Shown here piece by piece: positions 39,760-52,044 of a stretch of DNA of 64,000 nucleotides; the stretch's first letter is position 1; each line of letters starts with the position of its first letter. A program made the position numbers and the translations under genes. Source of the DNA: Somniosus microcephalus (taxonomy: Eukaryota); assembly GCA_052327205.1 (NCBI GenBank), contig CM126216.1, positions 89,962,001 through 90,026,000 of the forward strand. Reading direction: 5' to 3'. The notes beneath the pieces were generated by a model that did not search any database, was not told the DNA's origin, and worked only from the letters and a program-made list of their open reading frames with translations.

Positions 39760-42700
39760 TCACAGATTCAGTCTCTCTGGAGGCTTCCTGACTCTGTCCG
39801 GATAACGCCTCGGTGGTGTAGTAGTTTTCAGCGGGGTAGTAGGTTCTTCTGGCAAGGTCGATTCGGCTTGAAGGACAGTGTCAGGTTCATCTGATTCCAG
39901 TATTACCAGATCGGAGGTAGGTGCTCTGGGTATCTCTGCTTCAACATTAGCCGTGTAAGGTTGTGGAGTAGGTTGGTCCTTTGTGGATGACCCTATGATC
40001 TGGTCAACATGGCGCCTTATTATGCTGTCACCAATGTCCATGGTATACATCAGCGGCCCTAGCCTTTTCCCAATAGTTCCAGGCTGCCATTTCTCGGTAC
40101 GGTAGTCCCGGGCCAAAACTTGTTGACCTATCTGAAAGGATCTAGTTGGCCTTTCATTCATGCCCTGAAATTGCCGGTTCTCTACGTCCCTTCTGACGTT
40201 TGGCTTAATCAAATCCAGCCGGCATCTTAGTCTTCTATTGAAAAACATCATGGCGGGAGTTTGGTTTGTGACCGCACGTGTTGCATTCCTGTACGCCAAC
40301 AAGAAGTTATCTACCTTATGTTGTAGGTTGATGTCTTCATTACCCATGGCCTTTATGGCCTTCTTGAAGGTCTGGACAAACCTTTCAGCTAATCCATTGG
40401 TGGCGGGATGGTATGGGGCTGACGTGTAGTGCTTGACCCCATTCCTTTTTAAGAACTTCCTGAATTCTTCGGACACAAATTGCGGTCCATTATCAGAACA
40501 GATCTGTTCCGGCAGCCCATTCCTGGCAAATATGGTCCTTAATACTGTGATGGTTTTTTCCGTGGTGGTGGAGGACATCTTTATTACCTCCGGCCACTTG
40601 GAGTGTGCATCCACCGCGATTAGAAACATTGAGTCCATAAATGGACCAGCAAAGTCGACGTGTACCCTTTGCCAAGGAGATGAGGGCCACTCCCATGGAT
40701 GCAGAGGAGCTTGTGGTGGCGCGTTTTGGACCTTCTGGCATCCTAGACAGCTCTTGGTTATTTTCTCGATGTCTCCATCAATACCTGGCCACCACACAAA
40801 CGCTCTTGCTAGGTTCTTCATTTTCACTCCACCCAGATGCCCCTCGTGAAGCTCCTTTAGCACCTTCTGCTGAAGTTTGGGTGGAATCACCACTCTAGAT
40901 CCACACATCAAGGTTCCTCGGCACACTGACAGCTGTTCTTTTCTTTGCGAAAATGCGGGCAGCGTTGGTTCGCCATGTGCTGGCCATCCCTCCACTGTTA
41001 AATCGTAGACTCGTGAGAGAGTCGGGTTATTTCTTGTTTCATTTTCGATCATCGAATTTGTTACTGGTAGACATTCCACTATGGATGAGTGGAACATCTC
41101 TACCGGGTCCACTGTAGCCGCCTCTTCTACTACTGGCAACGGTAGGCGCGATAACCCATCAGCATTTCCATGCTGTTTGGACCTTTTGTATTCGATGTCA
41201 TATTGGTGTGCCCCAAGTAACACGGACCACCTCTGTAGCCTTTGCGCTGTCATAGTGGAAACGGCCTTGTTAGGGTTGAATATGGACACCAATGGCTGGT
41301 AGTCTGTCAGTAATGTGAACTTCTTGCCCTGCAGGTAATGATTGAATTTCTTTACTCCCCACACAAGGCTGAGGGCCTCCCTATCTATCTGAGCATAATT
41401 TCGCTCAGCGGAGGTCAATGATCGGGACGCAAATGCGACTGGCCTTTCCGAGCCATTTGGTAACTTGTGTGAAAGTACTGCTCCAATTCCATAAGGGGAA
41501 GCATCACAAGCTAGACGAAGAGGTAACGTTGGGTTGAAATGAGCCAACACTTCCTCAGAGGTAATCAACGCCTTGCTTCTGCGAAAGGCCTTCTTACAGT
41601 CCTCGCTCCACTTCCATGGTACTTCTTTCCGCAGCAGAGCATTCAGCGGATGCAGCACCGTGGATAGATTTGGCAGAAACTTGTGGTAATAATTAATCAA
41701 CCCCAGAAACGATCTCAACTGTGATACATTTTCCGGAGCGGGGCCTTCACGACAGCTTCTATCTTGTCAGGTGACTTGTGCAGCCCCTCTTGGTCAATGA
41801 CATGACCGCAGTACGAGATCCGTTTCTGGAAGAACTCGCATTTCTGGCGATTAACTCGAAGGCCATATTCCTTCAACCTGTTGAGCACCAGTTTCAAATT
41901 TGTGAGGTGTTCCTCCTCGTCTTCTCCCGTAATCAGGATATCGTCCAAGTAACACTGCGTGCTTGGAATACCCTGTAAGACCTGCTCCATGGCCCTCTGC
42001 CAAATTGCTGGAGCCGAAGCTACTCCAAAAACCAGTCTATTATAACGATACAAGCCTCTGTGCGTGTTGATTGTGAGATACTGGCGCGACTCTTCCTCGA
42101 CTTCCATTTGTAAGTATGCTTGTGCCAGGTCTATCTTGGTGAAGTGTTTCCCGCCAGACAATGAAGCAAAGATATCCTCAATCCGCGGGAGCGGGTATTG
42201 TACCGTGTGAAGCACCGGATTAACTGTGATCTTGAAGTCTCCGCAGATGCGGACCTTTCCCGGTCCCCCTGGCTTGTTACTTGATGAAGGCTTCATGACG
42301 GGAACAATGGGCGTGGCCCACTCACTCCAGTCCACCTTAGACAGTACCCCTGAACGTTCAAGCTCTTCCAGTTCTGCCTCCACAGCAGGTCGTATCGCGT
42401 AAGGTACCGATCTGGCTTTGAAAAATTTTGGGCTTGCATGTTCTGCAATCTTGATTTTTGCTTTAATCCCTCTCAGTGTTCCCAGTCCTTGCTGGAATAC
42501 CTCTTTAGCTTCGTCCAATATTCTGGACAACCGTTCAGGTTTGACATCTTTCTTTCCGGAATCTACCGTCATTGTGTTTAGTGAATGCCAGTCTATCTTT
42601 ATTTTCCTGATCCACTCCCGTCCCAGAAGTGGTGGACCTCCCTGGGGCAGCACATACATGTCCATCCCTTGGTGATCTTTGTCCTTGTATCTCACCTTGA

Positions 42701-43727
42701 CTTCTATCTTTCCGATGGGGTATACTCTGTGCCCCGTGTATGTCTGCAATACTATCTCCGTATCCCGTAGGGGAATATGTTTGAATAACTTTTTGTAATC
42801 TTGCTTATTCATGACCGTCAACGCCGATCCGGTGTCCACTTCCATCTTCACTTGGACTTTTGCAATCTGTAGTGTGACCCAGATAGTTTGTCGGTCAGCT
42901 TCTTTACTCACATTGTGAATCCTCAGACTACCCAGTTCCTTGCTGTTAGAGTCTGAGTCCGAATTCTGTTCATCTGGACTCTTCCCAGTCACCTTATGTA
43001 CCTTTCTGTACTTCTTCTGCGGTGACTTATTATTGCTGGTCTTCTTTCCTGACCGGCATACCTTAGCTATGTGACCAAGCTTGCCACATTTTCTACATTC
43101 CTGGTTTTTAAACCAGCATTGGTTCTGGTCGTGTGTTGTCTTCCCACAACGATAACATTTCATTGTACCCGAAGTCATTTGATCCACACTGAGTACCGCT
43201 GTCTTCCGCTGCATTTCCGCCGTGCCTCTCGCTGCGGCTCCGTGCGATGCTGCAATAAGGACTGCATTATCAAGTGTAAGATCGTTCTCTTCGAGCAGTC
43301 GTTTTTGTGTTCCTTCCTTCGACATCCCGCACATGAACTTGTCTCTCAGTGCCTCTGTCAGATTTACCCCAAACTGACAGTATTTTGCTAGCCTACGCAG
43401 TTCAACCAGGTACTCCGCGTTGCTTTCCTCTTTTCGTTGCGTTCTCACGTAAAATTTTGATCGTTCCGCTAACATCAGCGGTGCGGGGTTAAAATGATCC
43501 TTCAGGACAGCAACAATATTAGCGAAAGACTGATCCGCCGGTTTAGCTGGTGATAGAAGATGCTTCAATAACCCGTATGTCTTCGCACCCATTGAGTTTA
43601 GTAAGGTTAGAGCTTTGTCATAATTTGCTATCTTATTGACCTTACAATATATCTCGATGCGTTCTACATACGTGGCCCAATCTTCCACATCGGAATCGAA
43701 ACCGTTGATGTTACTACGCTTAGGCAT
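39760..43727 (-). CDS. gag-pol polyprotein of element 2, single 1-bp frameshift at about 41740
   Basis: ORFs 41715-43754 and 39760-41718 join if one base is restored (ggagcggggcc versus ggagcgggagcc in element 1). DTGS, YLDD, CDAS, HHCC and D-D-E motifs are all present. Confidence 0.9.
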
Positions 43728-44125
43728 CTTCACACTCTTCCTGAGAAACAACAACGAAATATTTCTTTAACTTTTTTTTTTCAAAATGGCGGTTTCCCGC
43801 GCTTGTCTCCTTTCCCCGCCCACTTTCAAAATGGCGGTTTCCCGCTTCTGTCTTCTTCCCCGCCTACTGGCGGCTTCCCGCGTTTCTTCCCCTGGCAGGA
43901 GGGGTAAGCTTTTCCCTCGGGCGACGACCGCTGGCTTTCGGGGTTCGCAGCCTGCGCATCGGCTTCAGTGCGTTCCTTGTTCCCTTTTCTCGGCAGGGCA
44001 ACCGGCGCTGGGTACAACCCGTTGACGGCGAACAGTTTCAGCCGCTGGGCTGGATCTCGCTCAGTCTCCCTCGCTCGGGCTCTGTCTCTCCCGCTCGCTC
44101 GGGCTCTGTCTCTCCCTCAGCGGCT

Positions 44126-44429
44126 TCCAATCGCGCCTCCCAGCCCTCTCGCAGTCCGGTGCTTTCCTCCCCGGCTGCGGCTGAGTTCACCGCGGTTTAT
44201 TTATTTTTATATCTTCCCGCGCCTTACGATCCCGGTCGCAGCGCTTCGTGGCCTCGGTCGCTGCCCGGCCTTTTTCACTCCAATCGCGCCTCCCAGTCCT
44301 CTCGCAGTCCGGTGCTTTCCTCCCCGGCTGCGGCTGAGTTCACTGCGGTTTATTTATTTTTATATCTTCCCGCGCCTTACGATCCCGGTCGCAGCGCCTC
44401 GTGGCCTCGGTAGCTGCCCGGCCTTTTTC
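44126..44429. repeat. 153-bp tandem duplication in the leader of element 2
   Basis: tccaatcgcgcctcccag... begins at 44126 and again at 44279. Confidence 0.93.
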
Positions 44430-45188
44430 GCCGGTCGCGGTCTAGCTGTCTCACGACGCCGTTGCGTCTCCCAGCCCGCTTGTACCGCGGCTTCCGTGCT
44501 CCACGCTGCCCCAGTCTCAGCGCCTCTGGGCCCGACTTCTGTCCGGCTCCTTTCCCCCGACCGTGGTCGAGTTCACCGCCCTTATCCTCCGTTTATTTTT
44601 TTTATTTTCCCTTTACTCACAGTCACCGTGGCCGACTTGCTTCTCGTGCTGATCGGCTCACTCACCACCGTGGCAGAAGGGACAATCAGTGCCTGTTACT
44701 GATGGAAGGCTTCGTGTCTGAATTCTTCCTTCTTCCTTGCTCTGCAGACTCGAGTTTTCTCTCAGCAGAACGACGAGGGCGGGTGCCTCTTCTCGACGCT
44801 CGTTAACTGCTTCGGAAGTATTGTTGCCGCAGGGTAAGATCGAACTCGTCGCCACTGTAAAGTCTGTAGGTATTATGGCGAATGAATACACAGACTACAA
44901 GAGTAACTTTAACAGGACTTTACTATTCGAAGGTCAGGGCGAATCTGCCCAATAAATCCTGACACAGCACTTATATACCGGTGTGGTCACCGTCGGTATT
45001 ACAGTATACAGCAGCCAAGATAAAGTCGTGCCACACCTAAGATAGTTCTCTTAAAGGTGGACGGTTACATACAATAGTTCTCTTAAAGGTAGAACAGTTA
45101 CATACACTACACATATCACCAAACGTAAAATCTTACACTGCCAGCGCAATCGGACAGCATTTTAGAACCTGGGGTAGTTTTATTAATA

Positions 45189-45717
45189 CAGGAAACTCTT
45201 GTTTAAACGGCGCCTAAATATCCGGAATTCTCTATTAACCGGCAAAATTCTCACTCCGGAAACAACACCTTAATAACCGGCAATGTTGCTGAGTCCGAGT
45301 CTCCTGCGGTGGCTGAGTTAGTCAATGGGGGTAGTTCTCCAAACTGCCACTGCTTGGCTTCTTGGCGCTGTCGGAAGTCGGAACACCTCAATACCCTTGT
45401 AACAGGAGTCTGACTGTCCCGCGCTGCCGGTAGTCTCTTCTGATCCACCATTTTACAGGGGTGCTGTGTGTCTCCCACGCTGCTGGTAGTCATTGCATTG
45501 CATTACCCTCAACTGGCAGTACTGTACTTAATCAAGCATCTTCCACCATCCATTTAACAACATTCTGTAGGTGAGTACCCAATTACTGTATACGGCACAT
45601 TTCTTGATTTTTTTATTTTTCTTTGTTAAAAATAGCCTCGGTAGATAACCCTCTCCATCATCCGGAATTTTTGATCAACCGGCAACACGCTGGTCCCGGA
45701 TACCAAAGAGTTTCCTG
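45189..45717. mobile_element. Tc1/mariner (Tigger/pogo-like) MITE
   Basis: TA flanks on both sides; TIR caggaaactctt / aagagtttcctg. Confidence 0.8.
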
Positions 45718-46105
45718 TACAGCTGAAAATGGGTTAATCACAGTAAATAAGTATTTTTAATCAGAGTGTCTAGTCCACCACCTACGAGTAACCTAATCTT
45801 AAATAACTGAAAATGACTGTAAAAAACGATACAGAACTATTTACAAGTCACATTGATGTACAGGAGTCAGTTTCTTAGTAAATTTTTTTTTAAATTAATA
45901 GCTTTTAAAAATGTGCCCTTGCACCTAAAAAAAAAACCCTTAATTTTAAGAGCCTCCTCGAAGGCCGGTAAACAGGATCAATTAGCGGAAACTCGCCCTG
46001 TGATTAATTCGATGTGGCGTGGCCAGCTTCTCGCGCAAAAGATCGTGGAAACTCAATTTGCGTTGGACGTAATTTGCACTTGAAATTCCTCGATCTTTTG
46101 CGATG

Positions 46106-47471
46106 TGTTAGAAACTAGGGGTGCCTAAAAATGTACATAGCCCAAGCAGCTGCAAGTTGCTATGTATTTTTGAAAGGGAAAAAAAAGTATAAAGCAACAG
46201 CTATTGAACAATGAAAGCAACGCAAAACCATAATTCTTGGGAATGTAAAAGGTCTGAGAGAAAAGTTCACAGCAGGAAAAGGGAGTGCATCATAGACTTT
46301 ACTTGTGAAGGTCAGAATGGTGAGATAGCGACTGGTTAATGAGCGACAGCTCTGACTGGGGCCTTGTACTTGCTGGATTAAGGGGGAAGAGAGTAAAAAG
46401 AGATAAGATGGATTCCAATGGAGCAACCTTCAAAATGTAAAAACAAGGATGAAGTAATGAGACCCTCTTTTGGGGAGGGCTTTCATCCAAACACCAAGAC
46501 AAAGAACTTAAGCTGTCATTAGTTGATGAAGTTTTGGAGAAACCTCTATAGGTTAAATGGTCTTGTCAATAACTTGGCCTCAGGCCCACCCCTAAAAAGA
46601 GAATAAAAAGTGACACCCCAAGGGCTTGCACACAGACTGCGGAAGGGAGAGCCGAACAGCTGGTCGAACGCTCTTTTAAGAGTGATCCCATGCTCACCCT
46701 CGAAGGCCCGAGAGAGAGAGAGACCAGAAGCCAGAGAACTGTTTACGCATGCCAGCCGTTTGTCCGACCGGGTCCAATATCAGCTGCTTGTCACGGTCGT
46801 ATGTTTTTGCTGTATTACTAGTGTGTTATATTCCGTCCTAAACTCTGATTAAACACAATATACCCACCATATTGGTTTGCACTTGACCCTGTTTATTAAT
46901 AATAATAATAATCAACTTTATTGTCATTGTCAGTGCACAAGTGCAGTACAACGAAATGTAGGCTTGCGGCTCCCGAGAGTGTACATTTTGATTAAGACAT
47001 TTAACATTCATTTGGCTTGTAATACATAGACATAAACATAATAAAGTGCATTGGCAGATGTGCAGGCTTTAGAGTTTATTTGTGGAGTTCAGTAGGATGA
47101 CAGCCCTGGGAAAGAAGCTGTTCCTAAATCTGGTCGTTCGGGTGCGAATGCATCTGTAGCGTCTCCCAGATGGCAGGGGGGCGAACAAACTGTGGCTGGG
47201 GTGGGTAGGGTCTTTGATGATGGTCAGTGACCTCCGTAAACAGCGTTTCTGGTAGATGTTCTCTATGGTCGGTAGCCGGGTGCCGGTAATGCGTTGGGCA
47301 GTTTTGACTACCCGCTGCAGGGCTTTCCGGTCATAGGAGCTACAGCTGCCATACCATACTGTGATACAGTTCATCAGGATGCTCTCTATTGTGCAGTGGT
47401 AAAAGTTAGAGTGGATCAGGGGTGACAGGTTACATCCCTGCAGCCTCCTTAGAGATACGTGAATCTCTACA
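46106..47471 (+). mobile_element. Putative solo LTR (about 0.84 kb) interrupted by Rex1
   Basis: TGTTAG...CTACA ends; flanks gatg/gctg; ATTAAA at about 46848; interrupts the inner MITE. Confidence 0.6.
46895..47428 (-). mobile_element. Rex1/Babar LINE 3' fragment
   Basis: CITVWYGSC...RKALQRVVKTAQRITG...LPSGRRYR; (att)n tail. Confidence 0.88.
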
Positions 47472-48160
47472 GCTGGTTTGTCCGATTTTACCTCGCGGAA
47501 ACTCCAGGCCGTGGTGCGAGTTCGGCTCTTTCCTCAGGCCAGATTGTTTACACTGTATTTCCACGTGCTTAACAGCCATTTTTCCATGCTGTATGCTTGG
47601 CCGGAAATTTGGGTGTAAATAGACCTCATCAAAATGGGCGCATGAATGGGTGTGATTTTGGGTGTAACTCACAGGAAATTCCACATAGTGTTTAGTCGCA
47701 TTAAACATGTGTATGTTATTCTTTCCTTTAAATGGTATTGGTTATCTTTTAATGTAGCATGTATTTGAAGGACTATAACTATTAACAATTGTTTTCTTTT
47801 ATCATCACTGTTGAACAAATATCAGAAATGCTTCTGCAGTTCTTATTTAATATCTATTCTGGCAGAAGTATATAGTACATATTAATGTGGAAAACAGATT
47901 ACATGCTTAACAAGAATCTATGCCGACAACATAAACCTTACAAAAAAAGGACTTCATTTCACACTTCATCAGCTCATAAGTAGTTTCAAAAGTATTTTTG
48001 CAGAATTCTGGAAGGAAATGGTTGTATATTGACTTTCCTAGGGAGGTTATTGCATAGAAACATGGTTTTAATATTGTAAGTAAAGTCTGTTTTGCCGAGC
48101 TATGCAGTATAGATCGAGTCTTGAAGCCTAATGTGACCGAGATACTCTATCAGCAACAAT

Positions 48161-49441
48161 GGGCCAGAATTTGCTGCGGCAAGGCATCTAACAGTGTCTG
48201 CCATTAGTCTTGTTCTTTCTTCTTTCGTATGGTAGTAGCAAAGCAAATTAAGTGTCAATATCTAAGTTGGATATCCAGGCCAAAGCTTCTGGTGTAACAG
48301 CGTGGATATCTTGTAGGCTGCCTGCGAATTTCCTCTGAGGGCAGTGCTCAATGATGTGCTCCAGGGTCTGATTAGGAGCTCCACAGTCGCATGGTGAGGA
48401 AGCTTTAATCTTCCATCTATGGAGAAGGTGGCAGCATTGTTCTGAGGCGGTTGATGGTTGTCCACTGTTTGTGAGGAAGGTTTGATCCTTCAGGTTGTAC
48501 TGTGGGGTCCACTATAAAGGAATCCATTCCAAGCATTTCGCCATCGGTCATCAAGGCTGAGGGGAGCTCGCTGAAGGGCTTCGGCGATGGGCCAAAACGG
48601 CCTTCTAGATTTGAAATGGGTTGGTGGTAGGTTGTTCATGTCGGCCTGGATCGGCATGTCGACAGGGCTGCATTTAGCTCGTCCAAGGTGAATGGATCAG
48701 ACATAGCTGACGACCCCCCTCCCTGCCATTAGTTAGACTTGCCCTTGCACATTTAGGCTTTTACATTTTTTGCGTGGCAAGTTGCTGAAAGTGCGAGCTG
48801 ATAATGTTGCAGCGAGGGAAACCGGGCATCTGGGACCTGAGTGAAAAATGCAAACAACTAACCAACCAAATCAGATTGAAGGATTGTGAAAAAAATAGCG
48901 CAAGGACTGAGAAGGAAGAATAAATTAGAGTGGGTGAATTCAATGTCAAATCATGTACAGAAAGAAAAATAGAGAGGGAAAGAAAGATTGGATTAAGAGA
49001 GAGAAAGAGAAAAAAGGGACAGAAAGGATAAGTGACAAAAAAACTAAATTTTACATTTTTTAAAATCTCCAACAACAATTAAAACCTGAGGGAATAAGAC
49101 CCCACACTTGTTATTGTTAATTTTCAGCGCCAGAGAGGTTGACTGACAGTAATTAACACTTATCCCATCATTAAAAGAGTACTTAGACTGAAATGGACAA
49201 TACTTAACTTGCTGTGGTGAATTTAGTTCATATCTAGCACACAAATACAGCAACTTCATGCCGTTCAATACATTTCAATGGTGAGTGAGATGCCGTTTTT
49301 GCAAAGCATCTTGGACAGCAACATTTGGATATCCGCATTTAACCGTGCATCTGCCCCTTGCCTGAAGATGCTGTAGCATTTGCGCATAAACAATGGCGAC
49401 GCCATTAACCTCATTGTTATTTCGACAGAAAAGTAAGGGCC
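48161..49441. mobile_element. Harbinger-like MITE family H1 split by a Vingi-like insert
   Basis: Left TIR gggccagaatttgctg; body matches 19120-22876. Confidence 0.75.
48209..48722 (-). mobile_element. Ingi/Vingi-like (I-group) LINE derivative
   Basis: LPHKQWTTINRLRT...CDCGAPNQTLEHIIEHCP...WISNLDI C-terminus; (aag)-type tail; 11-bp TSD ctgccattagt. Confidence 0.78.
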
Positions 49442-49599
49442 ATTAAGTTTTAAAACTCTAATTCCTTACAACAGTTAGCTGTAAAAGGTGGTCTGATGGC
49501 ATTGCACATCAGTGGAGCAACCAGAAGCAACTGTGGCAAGGGCAGATCTCTGATGACATTGACCCAGATAGTTACTGGAGTACTAAGCTTTGTATTAAG

Positions 49600-50950
49600 C
49601 TTACACCAGACACGCACTTTTAAGCTTTCTCAGGCCTTGTGAATGCTCCAACAATCCTGGTTTAGTGAGTGCTGGTTAACTGTGTATTTGAACTTTGTAA
49701 ACAAAGGGCAGAATTCCAAATAATTATGCTGTCTATTGCAAAATTCCATGAGCAGGAAAAACTGTGTGTAATGCTGGTGTTCTGTGCAGATGTTTTGCTT
49801 TGATACTGAATTTTGATGTGCATCTGGTATAAATATGGACGCCTTTAACCCAGACAAGCAGCTCTTTGGTCATAATCTTGTGGAAGAATGACATATGGAC
49901 CACAACTCTCCAATGTTGTAAAGAATTAATTTTTGGCATGCAACAGTTTTTCTCGTCCAATTCTTAATTGACTGGGATTGTATTGACTCAAGGGGAATAA
50001 TGGGTTCTCTCCCCAGTCTACCAAACAAAACCACAATATTCCATCCATGAGCAGACATAGGCTTTGCAGAACACTAAAGTTGCTGAATGTGTCAAAGTAG
50101 AGCATGCATTCTTGGAAGATTCCCACTCTTCTTCCATATTTCTCCCCATCTGTTTCCCTTGGCTGGGGAGTCTAGAACCAGGGGCCACAGCCTCAAGATA
50201 AAGGGTAGGCCATTCAGGACTGAGATGAGAAGAAATTTCTTCACACAGAGGGTGGTGAATCTTTGGAATTCTCTACCCCAGAGGGCTGTGGAGGCTCAAT
50301 CATTGGGTATATTCAAAACAGTAGTCGATAGATTTCTGACTAGTAAGAGCATTAAGGGATATGGCGATAAGGCTGGCGAATGGAATTGAGGCAGAAGATC
50401 AGCCATGATCTCATTGAATGGCAGAGCAGGGCTCGAAGGGCCGAATGGCCTACTCCTGCTCCTATTTCTTATATTTTTATGTTATCTTTATCAACTTTGC
50501 TCCAGCTTAAGTTGGGTGTAATTACCAACTCAAGAAATTGAATGGCTATAATTGATGATAGATTAATATCTTATTCAGGAAAGTTACAGCATTTTTTGCG
50601 GAGTTGCTGATTTCACTTATTTTCTCCTATGCTAAAATGGCCATTTGTCTAATTCTATCTATGTCTTCCTGCAGTGATTCAATCACTGGTCTTCTTTCCA
50701 ATGAGGAGTTAACCACTATGCAGAGAATAGTGATCTATTGATGACATCCAACAAACTCCTAGCAAAGATACGAACGATAACAGGACAAATATATTTCCCT
50801 TGAGGATGCCTGCATTGGTGTTGTAATATAATCTAAATATAACTCAGCATTTACACCCTCCAAGGGAATCACATTGATGGAGCCGCATATTTAACAGCTC
50901 ACCCCAAATACCAGATTTCCAATGAGATTAGGAAAATAGCTCCAAATTTG
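49600..50950 (-). mobile_element. Very old CR1-group LINE relic
   Basis: KAYVCSWMEYC..VW and INSLQHWRVV resemble family A motifs KAQVRSVMEYS..AW and IHSLHHRRTV; interrupted by a younger CR1. Confidence 0.55.
50146..50483 (+). mobile_element. CR1 (family B) 3' end
   Basis: LFPLAGESRTRGHSLKIKGRPFRTEMRRNFFTQRVV and the CR1 3' UTR. Confidence 0.92.
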
Positions 50951-51302
50951 CACCATGAAATTTATGCCATGCATTAGATTTGTAGAATTTACTGTACAAT
51001 TAGTTATATCAATGCTCTCTGTATTACCCTCTAGGCATCGCTGCACTGATATATGTTAACAGGCTTTCTGTAATTTTATATCCCTTTCTTAATTTAGGCA
51101 CTAAGTTTTAATTAAGATGACCGCACCAGATTTGAGCTATGTTTTGAAATATTTCAAACGGCCGTTATTTTCTGTGTGTTAAATGATCATTTCCATTTGT
51201 CAGGAGGCACTTACTAAATGCTAAGACTGGTATTTTCTCCGCATCTCCCACCATCTACAACCTTAACTGAAACCATACACTATTATAAATTTAAAAAACT
51301 AT

Positions 51303-52044
51303 GGGCCGGATTTTGCATGCAGCAGCAAATGCATGGCACCAGCCATACGTTACACTTGCACTTACCCATAGACTTTATATGGGCTTTTGCACTGGAAGTT
51401 CCGGTCAGCCTACTATCCGAAAATTGCAGCGCCCTCTACAGAGCATATGGGACCTGTGTGAACAGGACAAGCAACTGCGTATCCCCTTAACCAATCAGTT
51501 AATGAGCAGTGCAGACTCTGAACCAGGAAGTGTCAGTTAGAATATGCTAGTATTCAATGTCAAATCAGGTACAGAAAGCAAAATAAAGAGGGGGAAAGAA
51601 AGATTGGATTGAGAGATAAAAGGGGCGAAAAGAAAATGTTAAAAAATAATTGTATTTTCTCCAACAATAATTAAAAGCTGAAGGGATGAGACTCCACACT
51701 TGTTAAAGTTAATTTTCAGTGCCAAAGAGGTTGTTTGGCAGTAATGATGACTCATCATGCTGTTAAAAGGGTACTTACACTGGAATAGACAAGCCCTAAT
51801 TTTTTCTGGCGGGTTTAGTGCGCATTTTTTCAGATACACTGTTCCATGTATTTCATTTGTGCATCTCGCGGCGGGATACAATTATTGTGCGGCTTCAGGA
51901 GGAGCAGGGCATCTCGCACAGCAACTTCCTGATTTACGCATTTAACTGTGCATGTGCGGTCGTTGGAAGTTGCTGTCCAATTCACACATTAATAATGGGA
52001 GTGCTGTTAGCCTCACTGTTATTTTTTACTGCAAAATCCAGCCC
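51303..52044. mobile_element. Uninterrupted Harbinger-like MITE family H1
   Basis: TIR gggccggattttgca / tgcaaaatccagccc. Confidence 0.8.

Larger units (their letters stand above)
39432..45111 (-). mobile_element. Full-length Ty3/Gypsy LTR retrotransposon, Mag-type (element 2)
   Basis: 256-bp LTRs at 39432-39687 and 44856-45111 (3 mismatches by eye); TSD CATAT; PBS TGGCGACGAG; same PPT as element 1. Confidence 0.97.
39313..47510. mobile_element. Inner Harbinger-like MITE (about 0.6 kb of own sequence) split into four pieces
   Basis: TIR ggcctagagtttccgc / gcggaaactccaggcc (one mismatch); flanks atg/gtg. Confidence 0.72.
38829..47684. mobile_element. Outer Harbinger-like MITE enclosing a nest of insertions
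   Basis: Perfect 15-bp inverted match gtggaatttcctgtg (38832-38846) / cacaggaaattccac (47670-47684). Confidence 0.6.

Noticed and set aside
41715-41745. Programmed ribosomal frameshift between the two element 2 ORFs
   Set aside because: The break lies within the RT-RNase H connection, and element 1 is continuous there; it is a 1-bp lesion or sequencing error.
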